64,000 nucleotides of DNA from Phycisphaerae bacterium (lineage in GTDB: Bacteria > Planctomycetota > Phycisphaerae > FEN-1346): positions 19,764 through 83,763 of the forward strand of contig DATLBA010000122.1 in assembly GCA_035527275.1 (NCBI GenBank), read 5' to 3'. Position 1 is the stretch's first letter. Each line of letters starts with the position of its first letter. The notes below the pieces were generated by a model. That model saw only the letters and a program-made list of their open reading frames with translations. It was not told the origin of the DNA and made no database searches. This document shows, one piece after another, positions 46,890 to 57,213 of the stretch. Position numbers and translations under genes: made by a program.

Positions 46890-48293
46890 ATGAAGGACCG
46901 TCGGGGGAGCGACAGGCCGGCCGCGAGGGGCGTCGCTCTGCTTCTCACGTTGATTTTTCTGGCGCTGTTCGTGGCGATGGCCGTGGCGATCGCCGCGTCG
47001 GCCGATATCAACCTAACCATCGCCAGGAACCGCATAGAAAGCCGTCAGGCGGCCGCGCTGGCCGAGACGGGTCTGCTCTTGTGCCAACGACACCTCGGCG
47101 GGCTCCAGGTCCCTGCCACGAGTGACATTGAGGACCTGCACGAGGCGATAGCCAACCACATTGCGGCGGCCTGGGACGCCTCTTCCATGGCCGACGCGAC
47201 CGACCTGACCTGGGACGCAAACAGCGCGGTCCTTCCGACGGTGATGGTTACCCAAGAGGGGCGTTCGGGAACCATTGACGCGACCGTGACGGCAAATGGC
47301 GGGGTGCTTTCCAGCCCGACGGTCACGATTCAAAGCACCGGGCGCTTTGGGAATGCCGTACGCACGGTTTCGTACCGAATGGCCGTTGTGGACACGTTTT
47401 CGGTGCTATCCAAGTATGGCGTCGTCAGCAAGTCACGCCTCCGGATGACCGGCAACGGAAAGATTGAAGGCGCCAACCAGGATGCGGAGGGAAGTGTCCT
47501 CTCGGCCACCTATTCTCACATTGAGGCGATTGACATGGGGGGCCACAGCAGCGTTTCCGGTGATGCGGCCGTCTCCAACCTCAACGCGCAAATCATCAAA
47601 TCCGACAGCGCCTCGATAGGGGGCGATCAGATATACGGCGTCATGGAGCTGCCATGGCCTGAAATTGACGTGAGCATCTTCGAACCTTATGCCACGAACA
47701 TTTACACCGGCAACTCGGGGGGCGGTAAGGACAAAGGTAAAAAAGACAAAGACGACGGAGATGACACGCTTACGAACATCCGTATCCCCGCCGGAACCAA
47801 CCCCACGTTCAACGCGAACACGACGATTAGCGGCGTGCTCTACATCGAGTCACCCAACGTCGTGACGTTCAACGGCAGCGCGACGATTAGCGGCGTCATC
47901 GTTGCCGAGCAACCTGAGATCGAAGACCTTTCAACAAACCAGATTCACTTTGGGGGCAACGTCACCAGTTCGGGGGTTGAAAACCTGCCTCCGGACAGTG
48001 AGTTCGACGGCCTGCGCGAACTGACCGGCTCGTTTCTCCTCGCGCCCGGCTTCAGCACAAAGTTCAGGGGAAACTCCAGTATGCTCTCCGGCTGGATCGT
48101 CGCCAGTTCGTTTGACTTTGCAGGCAACGTCAGCGCGGCAATCCGCGGCGGGGTCATGAATCTGAACGACTCGAACTTCCTCGTGAGCGGCAATCTGACA
48201 ATGACCATCGACAAGGCAAACGTGGCGGGGGAACCGGCCGGGATGGTCGCTATCTATGTCCTGGCTTGCGTCCCCGGTTCTTACGAGGAGTGA
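46890..48293 (+). CDS. pilus-associated large minor-pilin-like protein (PilX/GspK-like N-terminus)
   Basis: N-terminal hydrophobic segment GVALLLTLIFLALFVAMAVAIA; 470 aa. Confidence 0.4.
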   Translation: MKDRRGSDRPAARGVALLLTLIFLALFVAMAVAIAASADINLTIARNRIESRQAAALAETGLLLCQRHLGGLQVPATSDIEDLHEAIANHIAAAWDASSMADATDLTWDANSAVLPTVMVTQEGRSGTIDATVTANGGVLSSPTVTIQSTGRFGNAVRTVSYRMAVVDTFSVLSKYGVVSKSRLRMTGNGKIEGANQDAEGSVLSATYSHIEAIDMGGHSSVSGDAAVSNLNAQIIKSDSASIGGDQIYGVMELPWPEIDVSIFEPYATNIYTGNSGGGKDKGKKDKDDGDDTLTNIRIPAGTNPTFNANTTISGVLYIESPNVVTFNGSATISGVIVAEQPEIEDLSTNQIHFGGNVTSSGVENLPPDSEFDGLRELTGSFLLAPGFSTKFRGNSSMLSGWIVASSFDFAGNVSAAIRGGVMNLNDSNFLVSGNLTMTIDKANVAGEPAGMVAIYVLACVPGSYEE

Positions 48294-48296
48294 GCG

Positions 48297-48770
48297 ATGC
48301 ATACGCGGTCTTGTGAGAGCGGCTTCACGTTGGCCGAGATGCTCATCTCGCTGGCGCTGATGGCCCTGCTCGTCACCGCAGCGGCCATGGGCATCCATGC
48401 AGCGCAGGTTTCCCACGCCTACAACACCGAGAAGGCCGACCTTGTTGCGCGGGTGCGCGGCGTGCTCGACCGTATCGCACGCGATATCCGCCGCGCCGAC
48501 TCGTTCAGCGTGCCGGACGGCGACGACAAGGTCGTGACCATCACGATGCCCGACGGCAGCACCCGCGCCTACGAATGGGACGGCGAGGACGGGGGGGACC
48601 TCACCCTGACCGTGGACGGCGGCACACCGGCCACGCTTACCGGATTCGTTCACTCCTTCGTGGTGTCGGACGACAACCAGCCCACTTGTGAAGTTCGACT
48701 CGAACTCGTCGGCGACAAGGCGGCAACGGAGGCCTCCATCACTGCCACGCCGCGGAAAGAATTGTTCTGA
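48297..48770 (+). CDS. prepilin-type pseudopilin
   Basis: GFTLAEMLISLALMALLV N-terminus. Confidence 0.55.
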   Translation: MHTRSCESGFTLAEMLISLALMALLVTAAAMGIHAAQVSHAYNTEKADLVARVRGVLDRIARDIRRADSFSVPDGDDKVVTITMPDGSTRAYEWDGEDGGDLTLTVDGGTPATLTGFVHSFVVSDDNQPTCEVRLELVGDKAATEASITATPRKELF

Positions 48771-48777
48771 GCCGCCC

Positions 48778-48800
48778 GGGGGGCTTCCCGGGACGTCTCG
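48778..48800. terminator. hairpin CCCGGGgggcttCCCGGG between the convergent pilin and pheS genes (bidirectional terminator candidate)
   Basis: A palindromic 6-bp GC stem located between convergent gene ends. Confidence 0.3.
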
Positions 48801-48816
48801 GCGCGCGGCGTGGCGT

Positions 48817-49833
48817 TCAGAACTGCCGCAGAAGCCGCACATCGTTCTCGAACAGAAGGCGAATGTCGTTAATCCGGTATTTGAGCATCGCGGGACGCTC
48901 GATCCCGAACCCGAACGCCAGACCGGTCACCTCTTCCGGGTCGTAGCCCACCGCCTCGAAGACGTTCGGGTCCACCATTCCGCACCCGGCGATCTCGATC
49001 CATCCGGTGCGTTTGCAGGCGGGGCATCCCCGGCTGTCGCACAGTATGCAGGACACGTAAAGTTCCGCGCTCGGTTCGGTAAAGGGGAAGTAACTTGGCA
49101 GGAACCGCGTGCGGACATCCGGGCCAAAAAACGCCCGCGCGAACGTCGAGAGAACGCTCTTGAGGTCCGCGAAGGTGACGCCCTTGTCAACCCACAGCCC
49201 CTCGAGTTGATAGAACATGTTGGAGTGGCCCGCGTCCACCGTGTCCGGCCGGTACACGCGGCCCGGCGCGATGATGCGGACCGGCGGCAGACGATTTTCC
49301 ATCACGCGAATCTGCACGGTGGAGGTCTGTGTCCGAAGCAGGGCGTCGTCGGTCAGATAATAGTTATCAAGGGGGTCCCGTGCGGGGTGCTCGGGCGGAA
49401 TGTTCAACGCGACGAAGTTGTGCCACTCGTCCTCGACCTCGGGTCCTTCGGCCACCTCGAAGCCGAGCCGGCCGAAGATCTCAATCATCTCCTGCATCGC
49501 GCGGAGCGTCGGATGGATGCGACCGAGGCGGGGCCGACGCCCCGGCATCGTCACGTCCACGGCGGGGCGCTCGGCGCACGGCTCGCCGAGGGCCAACTCC
49601 CGCTCGGCCAACCGTGCCGCCACATCCGCCTTCAGGGTGTTGACGGCCTTTCCGAAGGCCGCCCGCTCCTCCGCCGCGACCAACGGAATCGACTTCAAAA
49701 GCGCCGTAATGCGTCCGGCCTTGCGGCCGAGCCACTCGACGCGCACGGCCTCCAGCGCGCGGGCGTCGAGTGCCTGCTCGATCTCAGCGAATGCTTCGCT
49801 GCGAAGGATATCGACGTCCTCGAGTCGGCTCAC
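48817..49833 (-). CDS. pheS: phenylalanine--tRNA ligase alpha subunit
   Basis: Class II aminoacyl-tRNA synthetase motifs ([12 protein letters not shown]-like [10 protein letters not shown]; [11 protein letters not shown]; [11 protein letters not shown]). Confidence 0.85.
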   Translation of the reverse strand: MSRLEDVDILRSEAFAEIEQALDARALEAVRVEWLGRKAGRITALLKSIPLVAAEERAAFGKAVNTLKADVAARLAERELALGEPCAERPAVDVTMPGRRPRLGRIHPTLRAMQEMIEIFGRLGFEVAEGPEVEDEWHNFVALNIPPEHPARDPLDNYYLTDDALLRTQTSTVQIRVMENRLPPVRIIAPGRVYRPDTVDAGHSNMFYQLEGLWVDKGVTFADLKSVLSTFARAFFGPDVRTRFLPSYFPFTEPSAELYVSCILCDSRGCPACKRTGWIEIAGCGMVDPNVFEAVGYDPEEVTGLAFGFGIERPAMLKYRINDIRLLFENDVRLLRQF

Positions 49834-50195
49834 CCCTTCTCCTCCAGGGCGGCTTTTGCCCGGCCGACGACGGCGTCGAAGGCCTTGGGATCGTTGACGG
49901 CGAGATCAGCCAGGACCTTCCGGTCCAGTTCGATGCCGGCCTTCTTCAGGCCTCCCGCAAACTGGCTATATGGCATCTCCCGCTGTCGGCACGCGGCGCT
50001 GATGCGTGTGATCCAGAGGCGGCGGAAGTCGCGCTTCTTGCGTCGCCGGTCACGATAGGCATACTGGTCGCCCTTCATCACCGATTGCTTGGCGACCCGA
50101 TACAGTTTGCTGCGCGCACCGAAATAGCCTTTGGCTCGTCGAAGGAGGCGCTTCCTGGCCCGGCGTCTGGCGGCTCCTTTACGCGTTCGTGGCAT
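49830..50195 (-). CDS. rplT: 50S ribosomal protein L20
   Basis: [18 protein letters not shown]...[10 protein letters not shown] is a conserved L20 sequence. Confidence 0.9.
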   Translation of the reverse strand: MPRTRKGAARRRARKRLLRRAKGYFGARSKLYRVAKQSVMKGDQYAYRDRRRKKRDFRRLWITRISAACRQREMPYSQFAGGLKKAGIELDRKVLADLAVNDPKAFDAVVGRAKAALEEKG

Positions 50196-50231
50196 AATGG
50201 ATCTCCTGGTTTTCCTCGGCGTGGGCCGGCG

Positions 50232-50426
50232 TCAGCCGCCGAGCAGTCGCGCATACGCTCGTGCCTGTTTCGTGACCACGCGGCCTTTCTTTCGCAGGCG
50301 GCGCTTACGCGTGCCGCGCTTGCCGCTCATCAGGTGTCCGCGGTTCGCACGGCTGCGCGTGACGGTGCCTTTGCGGGTGCGTTTCATGCGCTTCGCTATT
50401 CCTTTATGGGTTTTCATCTTGGGCAT
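50232..50426 (-). CDS. rpmI: 50S ribosomal protein L35
   Basis: MPKMKTHKGIAKRMKRT... is canonical L35. Confidence 0.9.
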   Translation of the reverse strand: MPKMKTHKGIAKRMKRTRKGTVTRSRANRGHLMSGKRGTRKRRLRKKGRVVTKQARAYARLLGG

Positions 50427-50529
50427 TGCTTATCTTTCCTTGCTGTGCTTGTATCTCCCTAAGAGCCCGCCGCCGACGGCCGATCGGCGAGCCCGGCCTG
50501 TGTTCTCCGGTCCTGATCCGGTCGGCAAA

Positions 50530-51042
50530 TCAGGAACTCTTCTTCGGGGTAAGAATGAGGATCATGCGGCGGCCGAGGCGGTCGGGCCCGCGCTCGACCT
50601 TCGCGACGTCGGCCAACTGCTCGACGAACGCCAGCATGTTCTGCCGCGCATAGTCCAGATGGCTCAGTTCGCGCGCCCGGAACAGCATATTGACCGTCAC
50701 CTTGTCCCCGTTTTCGAGGAAGGACCGGGCCCGTTGGATCTTGAAGTCCCGGTCGTGGGCCTGGGTTTTGGGCCGGATGCGGATCTCTTTCATGTGGACT
50801 TCATGGTGTCGGCCCTTGTGCGTCCGCTTGGACTGGCGGTACTTGAACTTCCCGTAGTCCATGATGCGGCAGACGGGCGGTCGATCGTTCGGGGCGACCT
50901 CCACCAGGTCCAGTCCGGCCTCCGAAGCCAGGTTGATCGCTTCGTCTCGCTCCAGAATCCCCAACTGCTCGCCCTTTTCTCCAATTACTCGCAACGGCGA
51001 AACACGGATCTGATCGTTGACCCGCTGTCTTGCCTCTTTCAA
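50530..51042 (-). CDS. infC: translation initiation factor IF-3
   Basis: IRVSPLRVIGEKGEQLGIL...LDLVEVAPN... pattern. Likely a non-ATG (TTG) start with an AAGGAGG RBS, which is typical of infC. Confidence 0.85.
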   Translation of the reverse strand: MKEARQRVNDQIRVSPLRVIGEKGEQLGILERDEAINLASEAGLDLVEVAPNDRPPVCRIMDYGKFKYRQSKRTHKGRHHEVHMKEIRIRPKTQAHDRDFKIQRARSFLENGDKVTVNMLFRARELSHLDYARQNMLAFVEQLADVAKVERGPDRLGRRMILILTPKKSS

Positions 51043-51072
51043 GCCTGCCTCCTTACCTGGGTTCCGGTTCGT

Positions 51073-53082
51073 TTACGATGCGCGGGTTTCGGACTCACTC
51101 TGGTGCGGCCTGAGCCGCCTCGCTTCGATCTCCTCTCTCGCGCGCCGGATAAACGCCTCGACCGGCTCCGGGCCGAGGTCACCGAGCGCCTTGTCGCGCA
51201 CGCTGACCGAGCCCGCCCCGGCTTCCTTCTCGCCGACGACAAGCATGTAAGGGATTTTGCGGGCGCTGGCGCGGCGGATTTTCGCGCCGACCTTGTCGCT
51301 TGAGCCGTCCACCTCGGCCCGCAGGCGCGCGGCCCGCAGCGTATCGGTCACCTTGCCCGCATAGGTATTGAACCGGTCGCTGACCGGGAGGATGATGGTC
51401 TGAACCGGCGCCATCCAGAGTGGGAAGTCTCCCCCGTAATGCTCGATCAGGATGCCTAGGAATCGCTCGATGCTGCCGAGGACGGCCCGGTGGATCATCG
51501 CGGGCCGATGTTCCGCGTTGTCGGGTCCCACGTAGGTCAACCCGAACCGCTCAGGCATCGCCAAGTCCACCTGAATTGTGCCGCACTGCCATGAGCGTCC
51601 GAGACAGTCGCGAATGTGGTAGTCGATCTTCGGGGCGTAGAAGGCCCCCTCCCCTTCGTTGACCTTGTACGGGACGTTGCGAGCCTCCAGCGCGTCGCGC
51701 AGCGCCGCCGTCGCATGCTCCCACATTTCGTCGGTGCCGATGGAATGCTCCGGCCGCGTCGAAAGTTCGACCCGGACCCGGTCGAAGCCGAACGTTCGGT
51801 ATATCCGATCCGCGATGTCGATGACGCCGATGATCTCCTCTCGCAACTGTTCCGGCAGACAGAAGATGTGCGCGTCGTCCTGGGTGAACTGCCGCACGCG
51901 CAATAGCCCGTGCAGGACGCCGCTTTTCTCGTGCCGGTGCACCAGACCCAACTCCGCCACGCGCATCGGAAACTCGCGGTAGGAATGCGGACGCTCGAGG
52001 TAAATTAGCAGGCCGCCGGGACAGTTCATGGGCTTGACGGCATAGGACTGGTCGTCGATCTGAGTGAAATACATCGCCTCGCGGTAGTTGTCCCAGTGGC
52101 CGCTTCGGTGCCAGAGGTCCTCGCTCAGGATCATAGGGGTGCGAACCTCGACGTAGCCCGCCTCGCGGTGGACCTCGCGCCAGAAGCCCAGGATCTCCTC
52201 GAGCAGGATCATGCCGTTCGGGTGGAGGAACGCAAAGCCCGGCCCCTCATTGTGGAAACTGAAGAGGTCGAGGTCCTTGCCGAGGCGGCGGTGGTCCCGT
52301 TTTTTGGCTTCTTCGCGCTGCGCCAGGTGCTCCTGGAGATCCTTTTTCGAGAAGAACGCGGTGCCGTAGATGCGCTGGAGCATCGGCCGCGTCGAGTCGC
52401 CGCGCCAGTAACTCCCCGAGACATTCAGGAGTTTGAAGGCGGGGATGCGGCCGGCGTCCGGCAAGTGCGGTCCGCGGCAGAGGTCCACGAACTCGCCCAT
52501 CCGGTAGAGCGTGACCGTTTCGGCCGCCTCCGGCTTGGCTTCAGCGTCCTTCAGTTGCTCCCCCTGGGCGAGTTTCCCCGACGCGATATCGTCCAGCAGT
52601 TCGACCTTGCACCACTGGCCGTCTTTTTGCATCCGGCGGTGCGCCTCGGCCGTCGGGACCCCTTCGCGCACGAACGGCTCGGCGGCGGCGATGATGCGGG
52701 CCATCTCGTCTTCGATCCGCGTCAAATCCTCGTCGCTGATTCGCTCCGGCAGATCGAAGTCGTAATAGAAGCCGTCCTCGATGGCCGGGCCGATGCCGAA
52801 GCGCACACCATCCCCGTAGAGCCGGCGCACGGCCGCCGCCATCACGTGAGCGGTTGAGTGGCGCAAAATCGAGAGGGCTTCGTCGCTTTTGTCGGTCAGG
52901 ATCTCCACGTCGTGCTCGCCGTCTGATTCGAGCACGCGCGACAGATCCACCAACTTGCCGTTCAGCCTGGCAGCGACGGCTGCTCGGGCCAGGCCTGAAC
53001 CGATCCGGTTGGCCACCTCTGCGACGCTTGTCCCTTCGGCCACTTCCAGGGCGCTTCCGTCAGGAAGTTTGACCGTCGGCAT
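51073..53082 (-). CDS. thrS: threonine--tRNA ligase
   Basis: N-terminal TGS domain (MPTVKLPDGS), class II motifs and anticodon-binding domain; 669 aa. Conserved thrS-infC-rpmI-rplT-pheS gene order. Confidence 0.9.
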   Translation of the reverse strand: MPTVKLPDGSALEVAEGTSVAEVANRIGSGLARAAVAARLNGKLVDLSRVLESDGEHDVEILTDKSDEALSILRHSTAHVMAAAVRRLYGDGVRFGIGPAIEDGFYYDFDLPERISDEDLTRIEDEMARIIAAAEPFVREGVPTAEAHRRMQKDGQWCKVELLDDIASGKLAQGEQLKDAEAKPEAAETVTLYRMGEFVDLCRGPHLPDAGRIPAFKLLNVSGSYWRGDSTRPMLQRIYGTAFFSKKDLQEHLAQREEAKKRDHRRLGKDLDLFSFHNEGPGFAFLHPNGMILLEEILGFWREVHREAGYVEVRTPMILSEDLWHRSGHWDNYREAMYFTQIDDQSYAVKPMNCPGGLLIYLERPHSYREFPMRVAELGLVHRHEKSGVLHGLLRVRQFTQDDAHIFCLPEQLREEIIGVIDIADRIYRTFGFDRVRVELSTRPEHSIGTDEMWEHATAALRDALEARNVPYKVNEGEGAFYAPKIDYHIRDCLGRSWQCGTIQVDLAMPERFGLTYVGPDNAEHRPAMIHRAVLGSIERFLGILIEHYGGDFPLWMAPVQTIILPVSDRFNTYAGKVTDTLRAARLRAEVDGSSDKVGAKIRRASARKIPYMLVVGEKEAGAGSVSVRDKALGDLGPEPVEAFIRRAREEIEARRLRPHQSESETRAS

Positions 53083-53590
53083 CGCTCGTGTCTCGGGCCG
53101 GGCCGCGCAAATCGGAGATCTGAAATCTCAGACTCCACTCGGACGAGCCGGCCCCCTGTCCTCCACTGTGTCTCGCTTGCCGGTTTTCCGGAAGCCTTCT
53201 TTGCACGATATGATACCGGCAGCGGCCCACGCGGTCAAGGCCAAATCCCGGCCCTGTCGGCGGTCACCGCCGCCGCCAACCCCTCGACCGCCCGGGTCAG
53301 GAACGAGTGAGGCCATCACAAACAGAACTGCTGCGCACGTGGTCAGAAGGCGCCTGTGGAGGCCCCGTTCCGGCCGCCGCCAGCCCTCCGCCTACCGCCA
53401 ATCCACGAAACGGTGGCCGGGTGCGGGCTGCTTCACGGCAAATTCACATTCGGGGGTTGGCTTTCCGGCGGTTCGGGTGTAGAATGGCGGCGAGGATGGC
53501 CGATAGAATCGGGCGAGGGGCATGCCGTCTCCGCCGATCGGGGTTTTGGGCCCGCCCGTGCCGGGGCGGAGAAGGCGAGAGCAAGGAACC

Positions 53591-54265
53591 GTGAAACACA
53601 AGCTCAAACAGAAGGCCCACGACGAGTTCTGTAACTGGGCCGCCACCTATGACACGCACTGGTTGAACCGGTTCCTCTTCGAGCCGGCGCACAGCCAACT
53701 GCTGAACGAGTTGGGACCGTGTGAGCAAGCCACGGCAGGTAAACCCGCCCGCGTTCTGGACATCGGCTGCGGGACGGGGGAACTGGCCGTTCGCCTCGCC
53801 GAGCGGGGCTGGCATACGGTGGGCCTGGACCTCTGCGAGCCAATGCTCCACCGGGCGCGCCCCAAGGTGAACGGCAGCCCGGGCTCCGTGCGCCTCACGG
53901 TGGCCGACAGCGAGCACCTTCCGTTCGCGACCGGCTCGTTCGACGCGGTCACGTGCGCCAACTCCTTCCATCATTATCCACATCCGAAGGCGGTGGTTCG
54001 GGAGATGCTGCGGGTCCTGCGAGCGGACGGGTGGCTCTTGGTGATCGACGGCTGGCCGGACCACTGGGCCGGACGCATCATCTACGATCTGGTCATTACC
54101 CGTGTGGAAGGGGGGGATGTGCGGCACGTGGAGTCGCACGAGATGGTGCGGCTGCTTGAGGGGGTGGGCTTCCGGGAGGTGACCCAGAAGCGGATCCATG
54201 CCCTGTTTCCTCTCCTCCTTACCCGGGGTATTGCCCCCGGCGCCGAGCCGGCAACGCCTCGCTAA
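53591..54265 (+). CDS. class I SAM-dependent methyltransferase
   Basis: VLDIGCGTGELAVRLAE...FDAVTCANSFHHYP... Confidence 0.55.
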   Translation: MKHKLKQKAHDEFCNWAATYDTHWLNRFLFEPAHSQLLNELGPCEQATAGKPARVLDIGCGTGELAVRLAERGWHTVGLDLCEPMLHRARPKVNGSPGSVRLTVADSEHLPFATGSFDAVTCANSFHHYPHPKAVVREMLRVLRADGWLLVIDGWPDHWAGRIIYDLVITRVEGGDVRHVESHEMVRLLEGVGFREVTQKRIHALFPLLLTRGIAPGAEPATPR

Positions 54266-54275
54266 GGGACGCTCC

Positions 54276-55160
54276 ATGGTCGTGCCCACCTTGACGCAGC
54301 GTGTGCCGAGGCGCTCGGGTTGCAACGCACGCTCGCTACGGGTTACGTTGAGGCTGCCGGGGCCGCTCCTTCTCCTCGCCCTTGTGGGATCTTTGCTGTG
54401 CGCCGAAACGCCGGCCGGCAAGAAACTTTCCGTTGCGGCCGAGCAGGCCGTCTATCCGCAGCCTCGCGAGGAAGTCGAAGCGCTGGCCCGGCGCGACCCG
54501 CTGGAGTTTCTGCGTCTCAGTCTGAAATGGTACGAAGCGAAGGTGACCTCCTACGCGTGCCAATTCCACAAGCACGAGCGGGTCGGCGACAAGGTCCGCA
54601 AGCCCGAAACCATCTTCATGAAGTTTCGCGAGCAGCCGTTCAGCGTTTACATGAAGTGGACTGCCGACCCATCGAACGGTCAGGAAGTCATTTACGTCGA
54701 GGGGCAGCATGACAACAAAGCGGTGGTCCATCCGAGCGGGCTGCTGGGCTTCATCTTCCGCAAAGTCAGCCTGGACCCGGAAGGCAAGATCGCCAACCGC
54801 CACAGCCGCCGGCCCGTTACCTACGCCGGCCTCGGGAACATGCTCAGGGTCGTGATCCCGCAGTGCGAGCAGGCGAAGGCCAACGGCGACCTTGTCCTCG
54901 AATACCTGGGGGTACGCGAGGAGGCCGGGCGGCCCGCTTATGTTATCAAGCGCGTGCTCCCCAGGAAGCACGATTACCGCTCGCACCAGTTATTCATTTT
55001 TATCGATCAACAGTTTCTGATTCCCGTCCGCACAGAGGCGTATCTCTGGGACGGGACGCTGCTCAGCGATTACCGTTACACGGACCTTGAAATCAATGCG
55101 GACCTGATGGACGAGGACTTCGACCCCGACAACGCCGCCTACTCATACCGCCTGTTTTAG
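54276..55160 (+). CDS. secreted hypothetical protein (N-terminal signal peptide)
   Basis: Signal peptide LRLPGPLLLLALVGSLLCAE; 295 aa. Confidence 0.45.
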   Translation: MVVPTLTQRVPRRSGCNARSLRVTLRLPGPLLLLALVGSLLCAETPAGKKLSVAAEQAVYPQPREEVEALARRDPLEFLRLSLKWYEAKVTSYACQFHKHERVGDKVRKPETIFMKFREQPFSVYMKWTADPSNGQEVIYVEGQHDNKAVVHPSGLLGFIFRKVSLDPEGKIANRHSRRPVTYAGLGNMLRVVIPQCEQAKANGDLVLEYLGVREEAGRPAYVIKRVLPRKHDYRSHQLFIFIDQQFLIPVRTEAYLWDGTLLSDYRYTDLEINADLMDEDFDPDNAAYSYRLF

Positions 55161-55186
55161 AGCGACGTAGATGAGGGACAGAAGCC

Positions 55187-55930
55187 GTGTTCACCGGCGT
55201 GAAAGCCGTTCTGTTTGACCTTGGCGGGACACTGGTCGAGTACGCCGTGCCGAGTTGGCCGGCCGTGCTCGGCCAGTGCGTGGACGCGGTCTACGGGTTC
55301 CTCATCCGGCCGGAGGAGGAACGGTTCCCGCCGGCCGCTTCCGTCCCGCCGCCCGATGAGGCTCATGCGCGCCGCGGTCCGGCGCGGCCGGACACCCCCC
55401 TGCCCCACCGAATCACGATGGCGCTCAGGCGGATGGTGCGAGGCGCGAGCGGACGCACGCTGCCCGCGATTGCCGAGGCGTGTGCTCGGCCGCTGATGGC
55501 CACCGGCAGGATTTGCGAGGATACGTTGCCGGCGCTCGAGGCGATCCGCGCGCGCGGGTATCGCCTGGGCCTCGTCTCCAATACGCCCTGGGGCACGCCG
55601 GACTATCTGTGGGAGAAGCAGATTGAGAAGTTCGGCCTGACGCCGTTTCTCGACGTCCGGTTGTTCAGTTCCGGCGTGGGATTTCGGAAGCCCGATCCTC
55701 AAATCTTTCGCGAGGCACTCGGTCAACTCGGGGTCGCGGCGGGCCGGGCCGTTTTTGTCGGCGACAGCCCGCGCGACGACATCGCCGGCGCCCATGGCGC
55801 AGGGCTGCGCACGGTCCTGATTGCGCGACGGCCATGCTTTCCAGATGCCGTGGATCCTCCGCCCGATGCGTCCATTCAAACGCTGGCGGATTTGCCGGCG
55901 CTTCTCCCCTCGGGTATCCAAAACTGTTGA
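55187..55930 (+). CDS. HAD-family hydrolase (subfamily IA)
   Basis: VLFDLGGTLV at the N-terminus. LGLVSN...FRKPDPQIF...VFVGDSPRDDIAGAHGAG. Confidence 0.6.
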   Translation: MFTGVKAVLFDLGGTLVEYAVPSWPAVLGQCVDAVYGFLIRPEEERFPPAASVPPPDEAHARRGPARPDTPLPHRITMALRRMVRGASGRTLPAIAEACARPLMATGRICEDTLPALEAIRARGYRLGLVSNTPWGTPDYLWEKQIEKFGLTPFLDVRLFSSGVGFRKPDPQIFREALGQLGVAAGRAVFVGDSPRDDIAGAHGAGLRTVLIARRPCFPDAVDPPPDASIQTLADLPALLPSGIQNC

Positions 55931-56025
55931 CACGCCTGCGGCCCCCTCTTAGCATTTGCTGTCTGCCGACGAGCGAAGCAGCATAATCGGCCCCGCCGGG
56001 GCCCGTCGATTGAAGAGTTTTTGGC

Positions 56026-57123
56026 ATGGCACATGATGTCACCTTAATTCTGGGAGACGGTGTCGGGCCGGAATTGGCAGCCGTAGTGCGCTCCTGCATC
56101 GACGCCACCGGCGCACGTGTAGCCTGGGACGAGCAGGAAGCGGGCACCGAGTGCCTCGAGAAGTACGGCACCCCCCTGCCCGACGCCCTGATGGAGAGCA
56201 TCCGGCGGACGCGGGTGGCCCTGAAGGCGCCCATCACGACACCGGTCGGCAAAGGCTTTCGCAGCGTCAACGTCCACCTGCGCCAGACGTTCGACCTGTA
56301 CGCCTGCCTGCGGCCGTGCAAGTCCTATCCGGGCGTCCGCTCCAAGTACGAGGACGTCGATCTGGTCGTCGTGCGCGAGAACACCGAGGACCTCTATGCC
56401 GGTGTCGAATTCAAGAAAGGCGAAGAGACCACCCGGACCCTTTACCAGACGATTAACAGGCTCAGCACCGACAGAAAAATCGTCACCGGCGAGGCGACCA
56501 CGGGCATCAGTATCAAGCCGATCAGCGTCGAGGCGACCGAGCGGATCCACCGGTTCGCGTTTCGCTACGCGCGCGACAACGGCCGCAGGAAAGTGACCAC
56601 GGTCCACAAGGCGAACATCATGAAGCACACGGACGGTCTGTGGCTGGAAGTGGCCCGCGAGGTCGCCAACGAGTTCTCCGATGTCGAGTTCGAAGAGCGT
56701 ATTGTTGACAATATGTGCATGCAATTGGTTCAAAAGCCGGAACTGTATGACATCCTGGTTCTGCCGAACCTGTATGGCGACATCTTGAGCGACCTGTGCG
56801 CGGGCCTGGTCGGGGGGCTGGGCGTCGCCCCCGGCGCCAATATCGGCGACGACTGCGCCATCTTCGAGGCCACGCACGGCTCGGCGCCGAAATACAAGGG
56901 TCTCAACAAGGTCAACCCGACGGCCTTAATCCTTTCGGGCGTCCTGATGCTGCGTCACCTGGGCGAGGCCGACGCCGCCGACCGCCTCGAGCGGGCCGTC
57001 ACGGCCGTCGTCGCTGAGGGGAGGCACGTCACCTACGACCTGAAACCGCATCGCGACGACCCGACGGCGGTCGGAACCCGCGAAATGGGACAGGCCGTCA
57101 TCAAGCGGCTGGCGGGGCGCTGA
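56026..57123 (+). CDS. isocitrate/isopropylmalate dehydrogenase-family protein (NAD-dependent isocitrate dehydrogenase-like)
   Basis: [34 protein letters not shown] and [10 protein letters not shown] are motifs of the beta-decarboxylating dehydrogenase family. Confidence 0.7.
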   Translation: MAHDVTLILGDGVGPELAAVVRSCIDATGARVAWDEQEAGTECLEKYGTPLPDALMESIRRTRVALKAPITTPVGKGFRSVNVHLRQTFDLYACLRPCKSYPGVRSKYEDVDLVVVRENTEDLYAGVEFKKGEETTRTLYQTINRLSTDRKIVTGEATTGISIKPISVEATERIHRFAFRYARDNGRRKVTTVHKANIMKHTDGLWLEVAREVANEFSDVEFEERIVDNMCMQLVQKPELYDILVLPNLYGDILSDLCAGLVGGLGVAPGANIGDDCAIFEATHGSAPKYKGLNKVNPTALILSGVLMLRHLGEADAADRLERAVTAVVAEGRHVTYDLKPHRDDPTAVGTREMGQAVIKRLAGR

Positions 57124-57213
57124 CCCGCCTGCGGGTCGCCACGGCGACTCGCCTGTGGAGAGCCGTAGCCCTACGGCGGGCGAAGGCCCGCCCCGGAAAG
57201 TTCGGTCCTGTCT

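Noticed and set aside
53083-53590. T-box or other riboswitch in the 500-nt thrS leader
   Set aside because: I could not recognise a specifier loop or T-box motif by eye. This needs a covariance-model search.
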